Source of the DNA: Octopus vulgaris | Lineage: Eukaryota | DNA: 64,000 nucleotides | NCBI GenBank assembly: GCA_951406725.2 | Contig: OX597815.1 | Coordinates: forward strand, 108,314,001 to 108,378,000 | Direction of reading: 5' to 3' | In this document: positions 1-12,857 of the stretch, piece by piece | Layout: the number at the start of each line of letters is the position of its first letter | Numbering within the stretch: the first letter of the stretch is position 1 | The notes under the pieces: generated by a model | The model's input: only the letters and a program-made list of their open reading frames with translations | Database searches by the model: none | Told to the model about the DNA's origin: nothing | Position numbers and translations under genes: made by a program

Positions 1-834
1 AGTTTTCGGCAACCTCACATAAACCAATCAAGAAACAGTGTTTTAAAACAGAAAAATATCTATAATGAAAATTTATTACATAATGTTCATTTCAAGAAGT
101 TACTACACATTGTTAATATTTCGTGTGGCTTCCCATAGCTTGAATGATTGCTTCAATGTGCCTGGGAAGAGATGCGTACAATTCCTTCACCATCTTCACC
201 ATCTCCACAAGTATGAGATGCCATTCTCTCTCTGGCTGAGCTCCCGTAACTCTTCAAGATTGCGTGGATTTTTCTGAAGAACTCTTCTCTTTAGTTCTGC
301 TCACATTTGCTCGATGATACTTAAGTCAGGGCTCTGAGCTGGCCAATCTTTCAATATGGTAACACCTTCATCAGCCAGACTGTTGTGTTGCACATGATCT
401 GTGGCATGGAGCTCCATCATGCCGAAAAATCTCACCTTCATTCAAGCCTAGTATCAAATTGTCCTTCCGCAACTGGATGTATTCGGCACTATTCAAGTTA
501 CACTGAATTTTAACCAACTTTCTTGAACCATCACTTTTTATCCTCAAAAACATCAGATTCGTACCCACAAACTTCACTGTTTTCATCATGTACCAGGGTC
601 ATTTCACTTTCTAATAAGTGAGAATTTGTCAGAAGGCCTCCAGGTGGTCGTCTTGCATCTTGCCCTCTCATTCAAAATCCCTTCTACAAAATATAATGAT
701 TAGGTATGGAAATAACTTTAACAGAGTCAATGTTTCATCTGTAAAAAGCGCAATAAGAAACATCCACTTATAAGTTGGCAATCAGTAGAAATTTACAATA
801 GTTTAAAGTGGTCGAAGACTATTGCACAGTACTG
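1..834 (-). mobile_element. Tc1-like DNA transposon remnant (decayed DD34E transposase, internally deleted, one terminus visible)
   Basis: ORF 371-589(-) contains IFRHDGAPCHRS. Positions 301-350 read DWPAQSPDLSIIEQM on the minus strand (Tc1 WPxxSPDLxxIE motif). The terminus is CAGTACTGTGCAATAG next to TA at 835-836. Confidence 0.8.
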
Positions 835-836
835 TA

Positions 837-908
837 TCTGTCTATCTATCTATCTATCTATCTATCCATCTACATGCATATATATATACATATGCACATG
901 TATGTATA

Positions 909-946
<38 letters not shown>

Positions 947-1008
947 TATATATATAAATATATATACATATACACACGTGTATATATATACACACACATA
1001 TATATATA
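837..1008. repeat. (TCTA)n/(TA)n/(CA)n compound microsatellite
   Basis: Directly visible; source of the spurious YIYI ORFs. Confidence 0.95.
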
Positions 1009-1094
1009 AAGTTTCTGATAAGTACTAGGGTCAATGTAACCAACTTTCCCCTTTCTTGGTAACCTTCTGCCAAAATTTGAAAGAATTGTCCTCA

Positions 1095-1143
<49 letters not shown>

Positions 1144-1144
<1 letters not shown>

Positions 1145-1737
1145 GAGTGAGAGAGCAGTGCATGCCATCAAAATGACACTGGGGTAAAATATATGAAGCC
1201 CAGTATACCCATCATGACTACCTGTCTGATAAGGGTACACCAGGCATATGCATCACAACCATGTGTGCGCGAAATAGTGATCTCATATAAAGATAAACAG
1301 CGCATGGCTTTGCAGGTGGGGCCCAGTTAGAATTTTCTTCAGGTTAAGTAGCCCATCCCACTCAAAAGGTCCATGAATAAGGATTGTTTAAGGATATTGA
1401 ACGAACCACATGTGTTTCCAAAGGTGAATTATCCAAACCACCAAGAATTCCTTTCAACACATGGCTATGATGCTCCCCCACTACTTCTGCTCATGATCAC
1501 AGATGCACATATCATCAGCCACTAAGGGATATGCACAACTGATTAAGGTCAAACAACTGACAAGCAAATCTGTGGTATTGAGATACCACAGATTTGCTTG
1601 TAGCCCATCTTTTATACCAAGAGTATTTGCTGTAGCCCATTTTTTATACTAAGACAAAACAATGTGCATGATAACACTTCCAATCTGTTAAGATCAGAAT
1701 CCATGAGAACCACTGTCTGGTACTGCATCAGGGCATT
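1144..1737 (-). mobile_element. Non-coding interspersed repeat embedded in (TAA)n, probably the 3' region of an R4/Dong-like retroelement
   Basis: Flanked on both sides by (TTA)n. Its first ~115 bp recur at 11949-12061, again between (TTA)n tracts. Confidence 0.5.
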
Positions 1738-1762
1738 TATTATTATTATTATTATTATTATT

Positions 1763-2205
1763 CAGTAGTTTTATTTTTATAGCGTGCTTTCACTTCACAA
1801 CCGAGTGCAGCTCTGTGTACCTTGGGTATGTGCTGTGATTTGTTGTGATGCTCTGATGGTTATTGTATGGAAAGTATTCTGTGTAGGATGTGTGCAGTAC
1901 CTAGTAGTGCAATTTTCTGTATGTTATATGTGTTTGTAAGTCCTGGTGTTTTTGCTATGTATTTGTCTGAATATTTTTTTATCATGCCTAATGCACCTAC
2001 TATGATAGGAATTGTTTCTGTTTTTAGATTCCACATTCTAGTTACCTCTATTTCCAGGTCTTTGTATTTTGAAAGTTTCTCCACTTCTTTTAGAGACACG
2101 TTGTCATCTGCTGGTATTGATACATCAATTAGAAAGCATTTTTTTTCTTCATGATCTCTGACAACTATATCTGGTCTGTTGGCCTTAATTTCTCTATCTG
2201 TGTGT
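1763..2205 (-). mobile_element. 5'-truncated non-LTR retrotransposon with restriction-like endonuclease domain (R4/Dong-like)
   Basis: ORF 1860-2246(-) has TDREIKANRPDIVV...LIDVSIP...EKLSKYKDL...IPIIVGALG (PD-D..K RLE motif). The 3' UTR runs into (TAA)n. Confidence 0.85.
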
Positions 2206-2379
2206 AATATTATTATTATTGTTGTTGTTGTTGTTATTATTATCATTATTATTAATTATCATTATTATTATTATTTTCATTGTTATTATCATTATTATTC
2301 AACATTTGATAATTTCAGCAGATTTCAACTGCATCACCCGCTACACCTCTATGTTGCTGTGTTGTGTGTTCTTTTTTGC

Positions 2380-2905
2380 TGTAAGGGAGAGTGAACTAAT
2401 CCCAGTATTGTATTATGTCAGCTTTTGTTATGGGATCTGGTTACTGTCTTTTCTTGTAATAGTGTTTTTATAGTGTGTTAGGTGTGTAATGCAAGTTGTG
2501 TTTTTCTGTTGGGTATCTGAGCCTGTAGAGTACATATTGTGGGGGCTGTTTATTTTATTGGATATTTACTGTGTTTGTGGATTGTTTTGTTTGGGCTGTG
2601 TTGAATTCATAGTGTCTTGTGTAGGATGTAGCCTGTTCCTAGCAAGGCTATGTTTTTTTTTTTTTGATAATGTGTAGTGTTGAGAGCCCAGGAATAACTT
2701 CTACGTTTGTGCTCATGCATTTTTTTTTATCATATCCTGTGCTCTAATTATTACTGGTATTGTTTTCACCCTCATGTCTCAGATCACGAAAATTTCAATT
2801 TTGAGCTCTTGTTCTTTGACAGTTTCTCCACTTCATTTTGGGCTATATTTTGGTCAGAAGAGACTGCAATGTCTATCAGTAAGCAGGTGTCTTTTTTTTC
2901 ATGTT
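2380..2905 (-). mobile_element. Second decayed RLE-type (R4/Dong-like) non-LTR fragment
   Basis: Minus strand 2740-2900 reads CLLIDIAVSSDQNIAQNEVEKLSK...IPVIIRA, with a frameshift and a stop. Confidence 0.7.
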
Positions 2906-3807
2906 TTTCCCCCAATCCTTGATTATTATATCTGCACAATTAGCTTTTATTTCTTTGTCACTTTGAACAGACATATTCCAGTGAAATATTGGGGTCGATG
3001 ACATCACCTACCTCCTCTCCCTATAAATGCTAGCCTTGTCCCAAAATATGAAACCATTATTATTATTACCATTGTAGTTAGTGGTTGATTTTGCTTATGT
3101 AGATGATGATGGTGTCACTGTTATTACTGCCATTGTTCACATCACTGCGAAAAGACCTGCTAAAGAATTCTTGTTCTTTTAAGTTGCTATCTCAGTCAAG
3201 ATTTGCAGCATTGCAGAACTTGTTGCTGAAAGCTTTAAGTCTGATAAAGACAACATAATATTTTTCTGATAGTAGAGTTAGTTGAATTAAGTAGTGATAT
3301 AGAATTGTGGTAGAGGAGCTAAAATATTTCTGAAGTCTTTTGGGAATCCACAGCTACAAAGTTTATCTGTATCTTGGAATGGTACAAAGATTCTAAGACA
3401 GACATTTTTCTTTTGCAAAATCACTTATGAAACTTCTGTTGCATTGCCACAAATGAAATAACCAGATGTCAAATGGAATATTATTTTTATCTTTGTGGTA
3501 GAACTTTTGGATTCTTTATATTATTGTTCTATTATTGCTATAAACTGTAACTTGGCAGATAACATTTGGACACTGGTTCTTTTTTTAATTTTTTAATTGT
3601 TTAATCAGTGGAGGAGGCACAGTGCTCAGAAAACTCGAAAAAGGGAGAGAGAGGGAGAGAGCAAGCTGTTCTCAGATCAAAAACTTGGTTTGAATGCTTG
3701 CAAATGAGTGGACTACTAAAGTCACTCAACAGCCAAATGGTGGTATTAAATCAAGTAATGGTTGAAGTCTAGGATTCATGTATTTGTTTCATCTATTTTT
3801 TAAATCA

Positions 3808-4115
3808 TTTTACTTGTTTCAGTCATAAAATTGCGACCGTTCTGGGGCACCACTGTGAAGAATTTACTTGAACAAATCTACTCTAAAACTTACTTTTCAA
3901 ATGTCTTAAACTTATTCTGTTAGTCTCTTTGCTGAACCACTAAGTTACAGGAACTAAAAGAAACCAACACTAGTTATGAAACACTGGTGGGGACAAGCAC
4001 AAACACAGACACACACGTGTATACATACATATACATGACTAAAGCAGTAGAGATGCACCAAAGATGGAACTGACCACAAAATCATGTGATTGGGAAGCAA
4101 ACTGAATCACATAGC
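3808..4115 (-). mobile_element. tRNA-derived SINE, family A (decayed)
   Basis: Reverse complement of the family tail ...ATGACTGAAACAAGTAAA and the TAACTTAG body seen in the copies at 23147 and 62357. Confidence 0.6.
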
Positions 4116-4369
4116 CTACTGAGCCAAAATAAAAAAATTGCATATTAGCAGCAGCAGTATCCTCCTCCCCACCACTGCTGCCACCGTCATCATCATCATC
4201 ATCGTCTTGTCATTCTCTCGTCAACTTGTTGTCATTGTCTTGTCGTCGTTCTCTCGTCAACTTGTTGTCGTTGTCTTGTCGTCTTCTTGTCTTCATCGTT
4301 GTCTCGTCATTGTCGTCAATCTTGTCATCTTCATCTTGTCGTCGTCATCTCGTCACCATTGTCATCGTC

Positions 4370-6070
4370 TCTACAGCTGGATACCATTCCTAATGCCAAC
4401 CACTCCGAGAGTATAGTGGGTGCTTTTTATGTGCCACCAGCACAGGGACTGGTTAGGCAGCAGTGGCATTGACTAGACTCAAAGGGTGCCTTTTACATGC
4501 CACCGGCATGGTAGCCAGTCAGGTGGTGCTGGCATCAACCATGCTTTAATGGTGCTTTTTACATGTCACTGGCATGGGAGCCAGTCAGGTGGCACTGGCA
4601 TCAGCCACCACTACAATTTCACTTGACTCAACAGGTCTTCTCAAGTACAGCATACTGCCTGACGATTGAAGAGTACTTTTAAACTAGCCAGTTATGCAAC
4701 ATCGGCATCAGCTGTAGCTATGATCTCACTTGGCTTGTCAGGTCTTCTGAAGCACAGCATATCTCCAAAGGTCTCGGTCACTTGTTATTGCCCCTGTGAG
4801 GCCCAACGTTCAAAAGTCAATCTCTTCCATATGTTCCCTCCACTGTTAGGGTGTAACACAGCTGTCCTCATCTATATGCAACACATTACCATACTAGTGC
4901 AGTCATCTCTCTTGCACACCACATCTGATGCTTCTTATGCCCAACTTTTCTCTCAGGACGCTTACACTCTGTCGTGTATGCACACTGACATTACACATCC
5001 AGCAGAGAATATTAGCTTCATTTCTTTCAAGACTATGCATGTCCTCAGCAGTCACAGCCCATGTTTCATTGCTGTGTTGCATGGCTGTTCACACACATGC
5101 ATCATACAGTCCACCTTTCCATCTTAGTGAGAGGTCTTTTATTACCAGCAGAGGTAGGAGCTTTCTGGACTTTGCCTAGGCTATTCTTACTCTAGCAGTT
5201 ACTCTCTCAGAGCATCCACCCCCACTACTGATTTGATCACCTACATAACAGAAGCTATCAACTACTTCTAGTTTTTCCCTCTGGCATGTGATGGAATCTG
5301 TTTTCTGTACATCTTTGGTGTTTATTGCCCCGGAGCATCTGCCACACACAAAGGCTATCTTCCCAGCTAACCTTCCCTTGATATTGCTGCATCTCTTATG
5401 TGTCCATAGCTTACACTGGGTACATCTTATGGAGTTTCTACCAATGCCTTTTCTACAGATCGAACAGGGTCATCTACCTGAAGGGATTTGTGACTTGTCT
5501 GCCTTCTTACTTACTAAGACTTTGGTTTTTGCTAGATTGACTCTAAGGGCCTTTGATTCTGGACCTTGCTTCAACACCTGAAACTTCTCTAGTTCTGTTA
5601 GTGACTCAGCTATCAGAGCAAGTCCATCAACATAGAGGAGCCCCCAGGGGCAGCTGGTCATTAATTCCTCTGTTATTGCCTGAAGGACTATGATGAATAA
5701 GAGGGGGCTGGGGACTGAACTCCTACTTCTACCCAGAATTCTTCACTATACTCATTGCCTACCTTCACCTTACTGACAGCATCCCTGTACATTGATTGTA
5801 CAGCTCTCTCACCAGCCACTCATCTATCCTTAGTTTCTGCAGTGACCACCAGAAAAGGGATCTGGAGTGGCTGTGAAAGGCTTTTTCCATGTCAACAAAA
5901 GCCTAGTACAGAAGTTTATTTATAGCTAGGAATTTATCCTGCAGCTGTCTTATCAGAAATATAGCATCAGTAGTGCTTCTCCCTGGCACAAACCCAAACC
6001 TCATCTTGTCTAAACTAACTCTCTCCCTAATTAGTTGGGCTATGACCTTCTCTGTGATTTTCATCACATG
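4370..6070 (-). mobile_element. RTE-clade LINE, 3' part (RT, PHD-like Cys cluster, 3' UTR), decayed
   Basis: Minus strand reads FGFVPGRSTTDAIFLIRQLQ, PWGLLYVDGLALIAES (YADD-equivalent) and LRVNLAKTKVL. The 3' UTR is shared with the other RTE copies, and a degenerate (GAT/GAC)n tail lies at 4186-4368. Confidence 0.85.
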
Positions 6071-6109
6071 TTGACCCTTTCATCACTTATGACCCTTTCC
6101 ATGTCATTT

Positions 6110-6317
6110 AACACTTGTTTCAGTCATTTGACAGCGTTCATGCTGGAGCACCACCTTTAGTTGAACAAATTGACACCAGAACTTATTCTTTGTAAGCCTA
6201 GTAATTATTCTACCAGTTTCTTTTGCTGAAACGCTAAGTTATGGGGAAGTAAACACACCAACATCGGTCATCAAGCGATAGTGGGTGGACAAACACAAAC
6301 ACACAAATACACCCACA

Positions 6318-6353
<36 letters not shown>

Positions 6354-6365
6354 TAAACGTATATG

Positions 6366-6397
<32 letters not shown>

Positions 6398-6542
6398 AGG
6401 AGCTTCTTTCAGTTTCTGTCTACCAAATCCACTCACAAGGGTTTAGTCAGAAGACACTTGCCCAAAGTGCCACACAGTGGGAGTGAATCTGAAACCATGT
6501 GGTTGGGAAGCAAGCTTCTTACCACACAGCCACTCCTGCACC
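6110..6542 (-). mobile_element. Full-length tRNA-derived SINE, family A (CORE-like), with internal microsatellite
   Basis: Head GGAGTGGCTGTGTGGTAAGAAGCTTGCTTCCCAACCACATGG..., CORE-like GGCACTTTGGGCAAGTG, central TA/CA tract, tail ATGACTGAAACAAG. Confidence 0.75.
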
Positions 6543-7884
6543 TAAATATATATATATATTATTCTTATATTTTATACTTACACATATGAGCACAGATAGA
6601 CACACAGACAAACAGACACACACACACATGCACACACTTATATACAATCCTAGGTTGCACACAATTTCAGTACAACAAATTTCACTTTCAAGGCATTGTT
6701 CAACCTGAGACAATGGGAGAAGATTTCTTCCAAAACTGCTGCACAGTTGGAATAAACTTTGAAACCTCCTGATTGTGAAGTAAATTTCTTAAACACTTAA
6801 TAACATACCGATGCCAAATATGAAGGGCTTCCACATAGTTTCCATCAATCAAATTTCAAGATATCACTTACAAAGTATTGGAGAAACAGCCACACTCATC
6901 TAGCTGTTGCATCATGACATCAAGTCTAAAAGTACAAGGATACAATGCAAAGTTCTTCTCTACAAGCCTATTCCTGTATCTACAAAATAACTTTACATTT
7001 ATCATTTCTTATAATCATACATCATTCTTTATTTAGTAAAAACAGCATTACTATTGGGACCAGAAAAATTATTAGCTTCTAACACTGAACTTCTGTGTTT
7101 TGAATTATATATGGAGTATCCAAGAATTTCCAGAGAACACTCCTGTATGAAACAACCAATTACACAGGGATAATAATATTTATAAAATCTTGCTTCGAGA
7201 AAGAAAATTTCTTTCTTTCTTTTATTTCTTTTGTTGTTGTTTTTTTTGGTTTTAGTTTGTTACATGAATGTCTTAGCAAACATAAATCATGGTGTTTCTC
7301 AAGCAATCACAAAATAATCTGATGTACACAATAAAATGAAATCTAAAAAGAAAGGAGGGGAGAAACACAGGAATGGCAATCCCACTCTGTATAAAAATCC
7401 ATAGTGAATATGCTAAAAAATATTAGCTAACAATATCAGCAAAATCAGCATATATTAGCAGTGTCAATTGTATTAACAGTGTATTAGTAGTAATAGCATC
7501 AGCAGCAAAAAACGAAAAGAAAGCTTTGTAAAAGAGGAAAAAATGATACATAAGTATTGTGAATGAAATTGTTAGTAATATAATGGAAATTTCTAAATAC
7601 ACTGACTCAAAATACATACAGGGATCCAATTGTTTTATATTAACATCCATTATCCCAAATTCTCATGGATCATATGGGATTTGTCGTGGCAGATTTTCTA
7701 TGGCTGGATGTCCTTCCTGTTGCCAATTTTCACCTGTTTCCAAATATGGTAGTATTTTCTTATGCCTAGACATGTTTTCATGGAAGATTGAAAATGAATG
7801 TCACTGCTCATATGATAATAATAGTTGTTTACAACTGTTACATGATGCCATGACAAGGACATACATACACACATGCATGCACAC

Positions 7885-7946
<62 letters not shown>

Positions 7947-8204
7947 CAGATCCAATGATGTGAGTAATACAAAATGTCAAGGTTAATAAATCAGAGATGA
8001 AATTTACATTGAAGTTAAACTGGGGTAAACATATTTAATATAAAACTTTGACAATCTAATTACAAAAGCCAACGAAGTGAGAAAAGCAAATATTAGCTTT
8101 ATGACTACAATGACATTAATCATTCTGAGAAGTACAGGAACCAATTGATGATGTTTCTGCTTTATTACTCCTCCTCAGTAAAGCATAGACTTCATAATAC
8201 TTAC

Positions 8205-8313
8205 AGTGTTTTCCTAAATGGAAGTGAACAACTTTCTCCAAGTAATCAGCTTGAAAAATTGCTAAGTTACTTGGATATTTTCCTTCTCTTCTTAACATGA
8301 AACCAATGGTAGC
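8205..8313 (-). CDS. Candidate exon of an unidentified host gene (ATIGFMLRREGKYPSNLAIFQADYLEKVVHFHLGKH)
   Basis: 109-bp open frame in non-repetitive sequence. Donor GTAAGT at 8204-8199; weak AAG acceptor at 8316-8314. No protein family recognised. Confidence 0.35.
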
Positions 8314-8384
8314 CTTAATTCACAAATAAAGACATTATTTATCCACTAATGCAGTGTTGAGCACTTATTCCAACACTCTACATT

Positions 8385-8453
<69 letters not shown>

Positions 8454-8559
8454 GTGTGTGTTTGTTTGTATGTATACATACATGAAAATTTATCTATCTA
8501 TCTATCTATCTATTTATCTGTCTATCTATATATATATATATATATATATATCATGAAAC

Positions 8560-8713
8560 ACAAGAAAACAGGAGTTACATAATTAATCACCTTCATTAGC
8601 TCACAGCTGTTTCTGCTATAAGAAGCTGTGCACTTTGAGCTGGATGCACTTCTTCTTATGGCAGAAACAGATGTTAGCTAATGAAAGTGATTACATAACC
8701 CCTGTTCTCTTGT
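8560..8713. repeat. Imperfect ~154-bp palindrome (fold-back) next to (TA)n
   Basis: Left arm ACAAGAAAACAGG...CAGCTGTTTCTGCTATAAGAAG mirrors right arm CTTCTTATGGCAGAAACAG...CCTGTTCTCTTGT. Confidence 0.8.
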
Positions 8714-8960
8714 CAGCCATTACTGCACTCTGCACTAACCTAATGCTTTACTCTAAACCATAAGTATATTGAGCTCTAACAAGCAACTAGGTTTTAGTAT
8801 AGCTGTGCCTAAGTAAAGACATAAAATATGCATATGTGTGTATGTGTGTGTGTGTGTGCGTGTTTGTGTGTGTTTGTATATACATACATATATATATATG
8901 TATATATATATGCATACATATATATGTACAATATACATATATACTTATATATCTATCTAC

Positions 8961-9005
<45 letters not shown>

Positions 9006-9689
9006 TCTGAGTTTATGCTTACCTGCTTATAGATGGCCTACACATACATATCACTTTCTTAAATATAGTCCATGAGGTAAAGTTTTAATGTCTCTGAACT
9101 TTGTGAAAGAGTTCCCCAGCATTGAACATTCAATAATCAGCAATTATGCAACCATGATTGTAGTAATATATAGCATTATATCTTGAGAAGATAACGTCTT
9201 TACAACCATCGCCAAGACAGTTTGTTATAATAGTTTTCTTATAATAAAATATTGCAGTACAGTGAAGAGTAGTTTACTAAGTGAATGGCAACAAACTGTA
9301 AATCCACTTACAAAAATCAATATATGCTACTACGAAATTTTAAACACTGCCAACTGCATTGATAGAGTTAATGTGCACTAGACTGATATTCTGATTCATG
9401 TTGGATGTAAGCACCTATAATAGTCATCAAATGATCTCATTACTCTTTTTCTTCTCATCTAGCTAGTTTTTAATTATTATTTATTGAAGTAAGAACAATG
9501 AGTTGAGTAGAGAGAGAAAATTAGTAGATTTATGTGATTGTAGCTTACTTGATGTAGTGAGATGTATAAAAACAGTGGAAGATACCAATCAAACGGAATG
9601 ATTTCATTCATTTTTTGTATTTGTTTAGACAAAAATACAGAATAATTATGTATATTTATGTATGTGTTTGATATATATAAATAATAAAA

Positions 9690-9897
9690 AGACTCCGCCG
9701 GTTACGACGACGAGGGTCCCAGCTGATACAATCAATGGAACAGCTTGCTCGTGAAATTAACGTGCAAATGGCTGAGCATTCCACAGACACGTGGAGCAAC
9801 GTGAAATAAAGTGTCTTGCTCAAGGACACAACGCGTCGCCAGGAATCGAACTCACAACCTTACGATCATGAGCCGAATGCCATAACCACTAAGCCAC
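9690..9897 (-). mobile_element. tRNA-derived CORE-like SINE, family C (internally deleted)
   Basis: Minus strand has an A box (GTGGCTTAGTGGTTA), a B box (GAGTTCGATTCC), then TTGTGTCCTTGAGCAAGACACTT. Confidence 0.8.
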
Positions 9898-9929
9898 ATA
9901 TATAAATCACAATATGTGTGTGTATATTG

Positions 9930-11224
9930 ATTAATGGATACATTTCCACAATTCTCAACCGATTTTCACCAAACTTTACACACACATTATTTATGTCTCA
10001 AGGATGGCCATACACTAACAGTTTACCTAGAGCTCCTGCGTAAATGAATAAACCATAAAAAACAGTGGTTTACATGGGTTTTTCTCTAATTCGTTGTATG
10101 TACATAGTTTTTTGTATTTAGGGTCTTCCATACTTTTTAATCTATATGGTCAAATATTGGCATTAGAGAATAATTTTTTAGTGGTTTTCACATTTTTTGA
10201 TTTATTATTTATTTATATGTTGTAATTGTGTATTATCACTTGGTTAGAGAATAATATAAACTGAAAGGATTTTATCTATTTGTTTATTTCGACTGTCCAC
10301 CTGTTATTATTTATATGTTGTGATTTATTACTTGGTTAGAGAATATTATTACTTGGTGTATTGTTACTTGGTTAGAGAATATTTATTTACTTTGACTGTC
10401 CACGTGTGACTGTGATTAAATTGACTGGGAACACTGTACACGATGAATATCCAATACCAAACAATCTTAATCTCCATATTTAAACTGCATTAAACTTTGG
10501 CTTGCTACCTTTAGATATTCTGAGTTGCTTGAAAGGTGCTGTTCCCTTCCCTCTCTTCTATTTGTTGATACCTTTGTTTACCTTCCAGTGTCACTTTAAG
10601 GGAGCTTCTCTACTCATCCCTTATGATATTTCGAATGTGACCTCTTTTCACTGTAAACTAAAGATTCAAAGCTGTATCCGTCAAACTCTTCGTATCTTCA
10701 TTTTTCATTACCTGAAGTCAATTTCATAGTAGTGGTACACTGTAAGCACGTAGCAAATACATTCCTTTAACTCTTCTTTTTCAAGTAGGTATTATATTGC
10801 TATTTTTGAACATACCAATCATACTTCTCTCCGAAAAAATAGCTCCCTTTGCTGTTGAGTAAATTAAACTCGCAGAAGGGAAGTTTCAATGTCTTGCTTC
10901 AATTTCCTTACACTGTTTGTGTGGCTGTTCTGACAAGAAATGTCCCTTTCTTGTAAAACAACTATATTTTGTAGTCATTCGTAATCTACTCCCAAAGCAC
11001 TTCAGTAGTTCTACTTTGCATCACTTGTAAACTTATATGTTCTATGATCATTAAAGTGCGACGACCTCTACAATAACCAGCCTTCAATTTGGTTTTCTGT
11101 TCCTAGGTTAATCAGAAACATAGATTGGTGTGCTACTCATAAAGCTTCTTGGTAATTCTATTTTTTGGTGAAAAAATACCACCAAAACAACTTATACTGT
11201 TCAAAGGACGGGTGCATTTGCTAG
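9930..11224 (+). mobile_element. Helitron-like non-autonomous element
   Basis: The 3' end ACGGGTGCATTTGCTAG followed by T fits a Helitron CTAG terminus. The 5' region TCAACCGATTTTCACCAAACTTTACAC resembles non-autonomous Helitron/Helentron sequence. Short internal repeats TTACTTGGTTAGAGAAT are present. Confidence 0.45.
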
Positions 11225-11717
11225 TATATATATGTATGTATGTAAGTATATATATATATATTAGCCACATTTAGGTGGCAAATATACTTCATGATGTCAT
11301 GCTGCTACTGTTTATATGTTGCTCAGAGTGTTCAGCCATCGAGGGAGACTATGTTGAAAAATAAATCATCAGAAGTCTTGTACCAGGTTTTGTTATGTTT
11401 TATGGAGGTACAGAAGTTCTCAGCAATGAGGTGGATAAATGCTAAGAATTATTTACACACATCTACAAGTCTCAAATACTACTTAAATCATAGATTCTAA
11501 AAACCATGAAGTACAAAACAGTTTATTCATCATCCCAGATAGAGCCTACAAGAGAGTAAAGTTTAGTTAGTACACTGTTGTAGGAGCTGGAAAGCCAAAG
11601 GGTTGGGGTGAAGGTTCATTAATAAATGTTGGTCCTATTCCCTAAAAGGCAAAATTTCACTGCTGCTTGCCTTTCAATATCATTATTTTATGAAGGTAAA
11701 CAAACATGAAGCTATTA

Positions 11718-11920
11718 TTGGCAGAATCGTTAGCATATTGGGTGAAATGCTTTGCAGTATTTCACCCACCGCTACATTCTGAGTTCAAATTCCATCAAGG
11801 TCGACTTTGCCTTTCATCCATTTGAGGTCAATAAATTAAGTATCAGTCATGTACTGGGGTTGATGTGATCGACTATTCCCTTCCCATCAAATTCCAAGCC
11901 TCGTACCTATAGTAGAAAGG
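11718..11920 (+). mobile_element. SINE family B (tRNA-like head plus Meta/MESC-like central domain)
   Basis: TGGCAGAATCGTTAGCA...TTCTGAGTTCAAATTCC...GTCGACTTTGCCTTTCATCC...TAAATTAAGTA. Recurs at 13775, 45000, 60895 and 61160. Confidence 0.7.
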
Positions 11921-12224
11921 GAGTATTATTATCATCATTATTATTATTGAGTGAGAGAGCAGTGCATGCCATCAAAGTGACACTGGTGTACAATTATATG
12001 AAGCCCAGTATACCCATCATGACTACCTGTCTGATAAAGATACACCAGGTACATGCATCACATTATTATTATTATTATTATTGTTGTTGTTGTTGTTGTT
12101 GCTGTTGTTATTAAGGTGGCAAGCTGGCAGAATCCCCAAGTCTAGGGCATTCATTCCTGATATGGACAATGGTTTTGTCCACTCTGTTACAGATGTGGTA
12201 CAGCAGAGATTATTATGATTATTA

Positions 12225-12800
12225 TTTTATTGTCTTTGCACAGCTTCTAACACTGAAGATATACTACAGTGTCAGCTGTTCACTATCAGTGAACTAAGGT
12301 AACAACCCCTTATTTTTGGAGTACCATCCAGAGTATTCAAGTGATTCCAAGCAGTGCTGTTTTCTGCAAATGCTTCACCCTTATCACAGCCCCTATTTGT
12401 TCCATGTACTTCTCAAGATTTTTACTCACTGTTCCCAGGGCTCCAACAACTATTGGTACTACTACCACCTTTCTCAGTGACCAAAATTGCTTAACCTCCC
12501 AAGCTAACCTGTCATATCTATCGATTTTTCTTTCTTCCTTATCGCATATCTTGTTGTCAGCTGGGCACACTATATCTATGATCCAGCATTGTTTGCCTTC
12601 TTTCTCAATTAGCACTATGTCTGGTTTCCTATTCTCTATATCATGGTCGCACTGAATCGTAAAATCCCATAGGATCTTTGCATTGTCATTTTTGATGATG
12701 CCTTCAGGTTTATGTTCGTGCCACTTTTTTGCTCTGTCAAAATGTCCAATAGACAATCCTTGCTATGTTGTCATGATGTCATTTATTTTCTTTCTGTTCT
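12225..12800 (-). mobile_element. RLE-type (R4/Dong-like) non-LTR fragment
   Basis: ORF 12337-12756(-) has KILWDFTIQCDHDIENRKPDIVLI...IIDIVCP...VPIVVGALG. The 3' end abuts (TAA)-rich sequence. Confidence 0.85.
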
Positions 12801-12857
12801 TGTGGTGTACATTGACTGGTATCATCATCATCATCATCATCCTCATTATTATTATAG

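Noticed and set aside
9835-9897. tRNA gene
   Set aside because: A and B boxes are present but continue into a CORE-like SINE body with no acceptor stem closure. The heads at 34992 and 58879 are rejected for the same reason.
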